A stretch of 25,816 bases of DNA, taken from the IMG/VR virus record IMGVR_UViG_3300020161_001919, positions 1 through 25,816 of that record; one strand, written 5' to 3'. Shown here piece by piece: positions 25,312 through 25,816 of this stretch; within the stretch, counting starts at the first letter, position 1, and the number at the start of each line of letters is the position of its first letter. Both the position numbers and the translations under genes were made by a program. Source of the DNA: a virus (taxonomy: Duplodnaviria > Caudoviricetes). The notes below the pieces were generated by a model. That model did no database searches. It was not told the DNA's origin and saw only the letters and a list, made by a program, of their open reading frames with translations.

Positions 25312-25340
25312 AGTATAAGTAAAAAAATTTAAATTACCAA
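25312..25340 (-). promoter_or_regulatory. Putative promoter TTGGTA-N17-TATACT
   Basis: On the - strand, TTGGTA at 25340-25335 and TATACT at 25317-25312. Confidence 0.55.
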
Positions 25341-25346
25341 ATTAAT

Positions 25347-25814
25347 TTAATAATTTAATATAACATTTGACACACTCATGTTTAATGTAACGTCCGCCAA
25401 TTCGTCAGAACTATAATCTAAATCACCAAAATCAGCTGAACTAATTGCTCCCCATATTGACCAATCTGAAATTATATCTCCAACAGGTCCTAACATTTGA
25501 AGTTTGATGACCATCGGACTATAAAGTATTTCTGTACCTATAAGTTCATAAATTGTTTGTGACATAGATGGACTTATGGGGTCATGTAGTGTAAACTGTA
25601 TGTCGTCCCATCGAACCAAACCATCATTAAATGTTGCTGTTGGTCTTGATGCCATTCTAACTAAATAAGGTGATATATTGAAAACTTCGGGAAAAATTAC
25701 CAAGAATCTATTTTGTCTCATCGGTTCAAATGCTGGAATAAATATCCCATTTTGATGTGAGTTATTGTCAGTTATTCGACTCGGTTTATCATCATAACCT
25801 CTTAATAATTTAAA
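25347..25814 (-). CDS. T4 gp19-like tail tube protein homolog (divergent); 5' end outside the window
   Basis: The frame is open to the window edge (FKLLRGY...FIPAFEPMRQNRF). It contains SRP, W..I.FTLHDPISPS, LQMLGPVGDIISDW, GA, FGDLDYSSDELADVTL and a terminal ILNY. Confidence 0.75.
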   Translation of the reverse strand, partial: FKLLRGYDDKPSRITDNNSHQNGIFIPAFEPMRQNRFLVIFPEVFNISPYLVRMASRPTATFNDGLVRWDDIQFTLHDPISPSMSQTIYELIGTEILYSPMVIKLQMLGPVGDIISDWSIWGAISSADFGDLDYSSDELADVTLNMSVSNVILNY

Positions 25815-25816
25815 AT

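Noticed and set aside
1-25816. Cellular (bacterial chromosome) origin
   Set aside because: The tail-tube homolog, the gp46/47-like, exonuclease and primase order, the many short unknown ORFs and the absence of housekeeping operon context favour a large phage.

Overview
This is a gene-dense, AT-rich (roughly 28% GC by eye) fragment of a large tailed-phage genome, jumbo or myovirus-like. The host is probably Bacteroidota, inferred from a Bacteroidota-type sigma factor, ClpP and Hc1-like protein, from SD-less A-rich leaders and from TAnnTTT(G/A) promoters. A plus-strand glycan/nucleotide-sugar island (1-5282) converges on a long minus-strand block. That block holds thioredoxins, an AAA ATPase, a Dam-family methylase, an Hc1-like protein, acidic putative head proteins, a degenerate amidase with membrane/lipoprotein (lysis-like) genes, sigma70, ClpP, SbcC/SbcD, a PD-(D/E)XK exonuclease, a primase-like protein and a divergent gp19-like tail-tube gene cut by the window edge. 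I saw no tRNA, rRNA, CRISPR array or IS element. The most notable signals are: (i) a candidate programmed -1 frameshift or slippage at an A10 run that extends the membrane protein upstream of the amidase by 74 codons; (ii) apparent total absence of GATC despite a Dam-family gene; (iii) an SbcD C-terminal region apparently relocated onto SbcC; (iv) a self-contained promoter, two hairpins and terminator that may encode a small RNA; (v) two distinct promoter motif classes. All family calls are from motif recognition by eye, and no searches were run.
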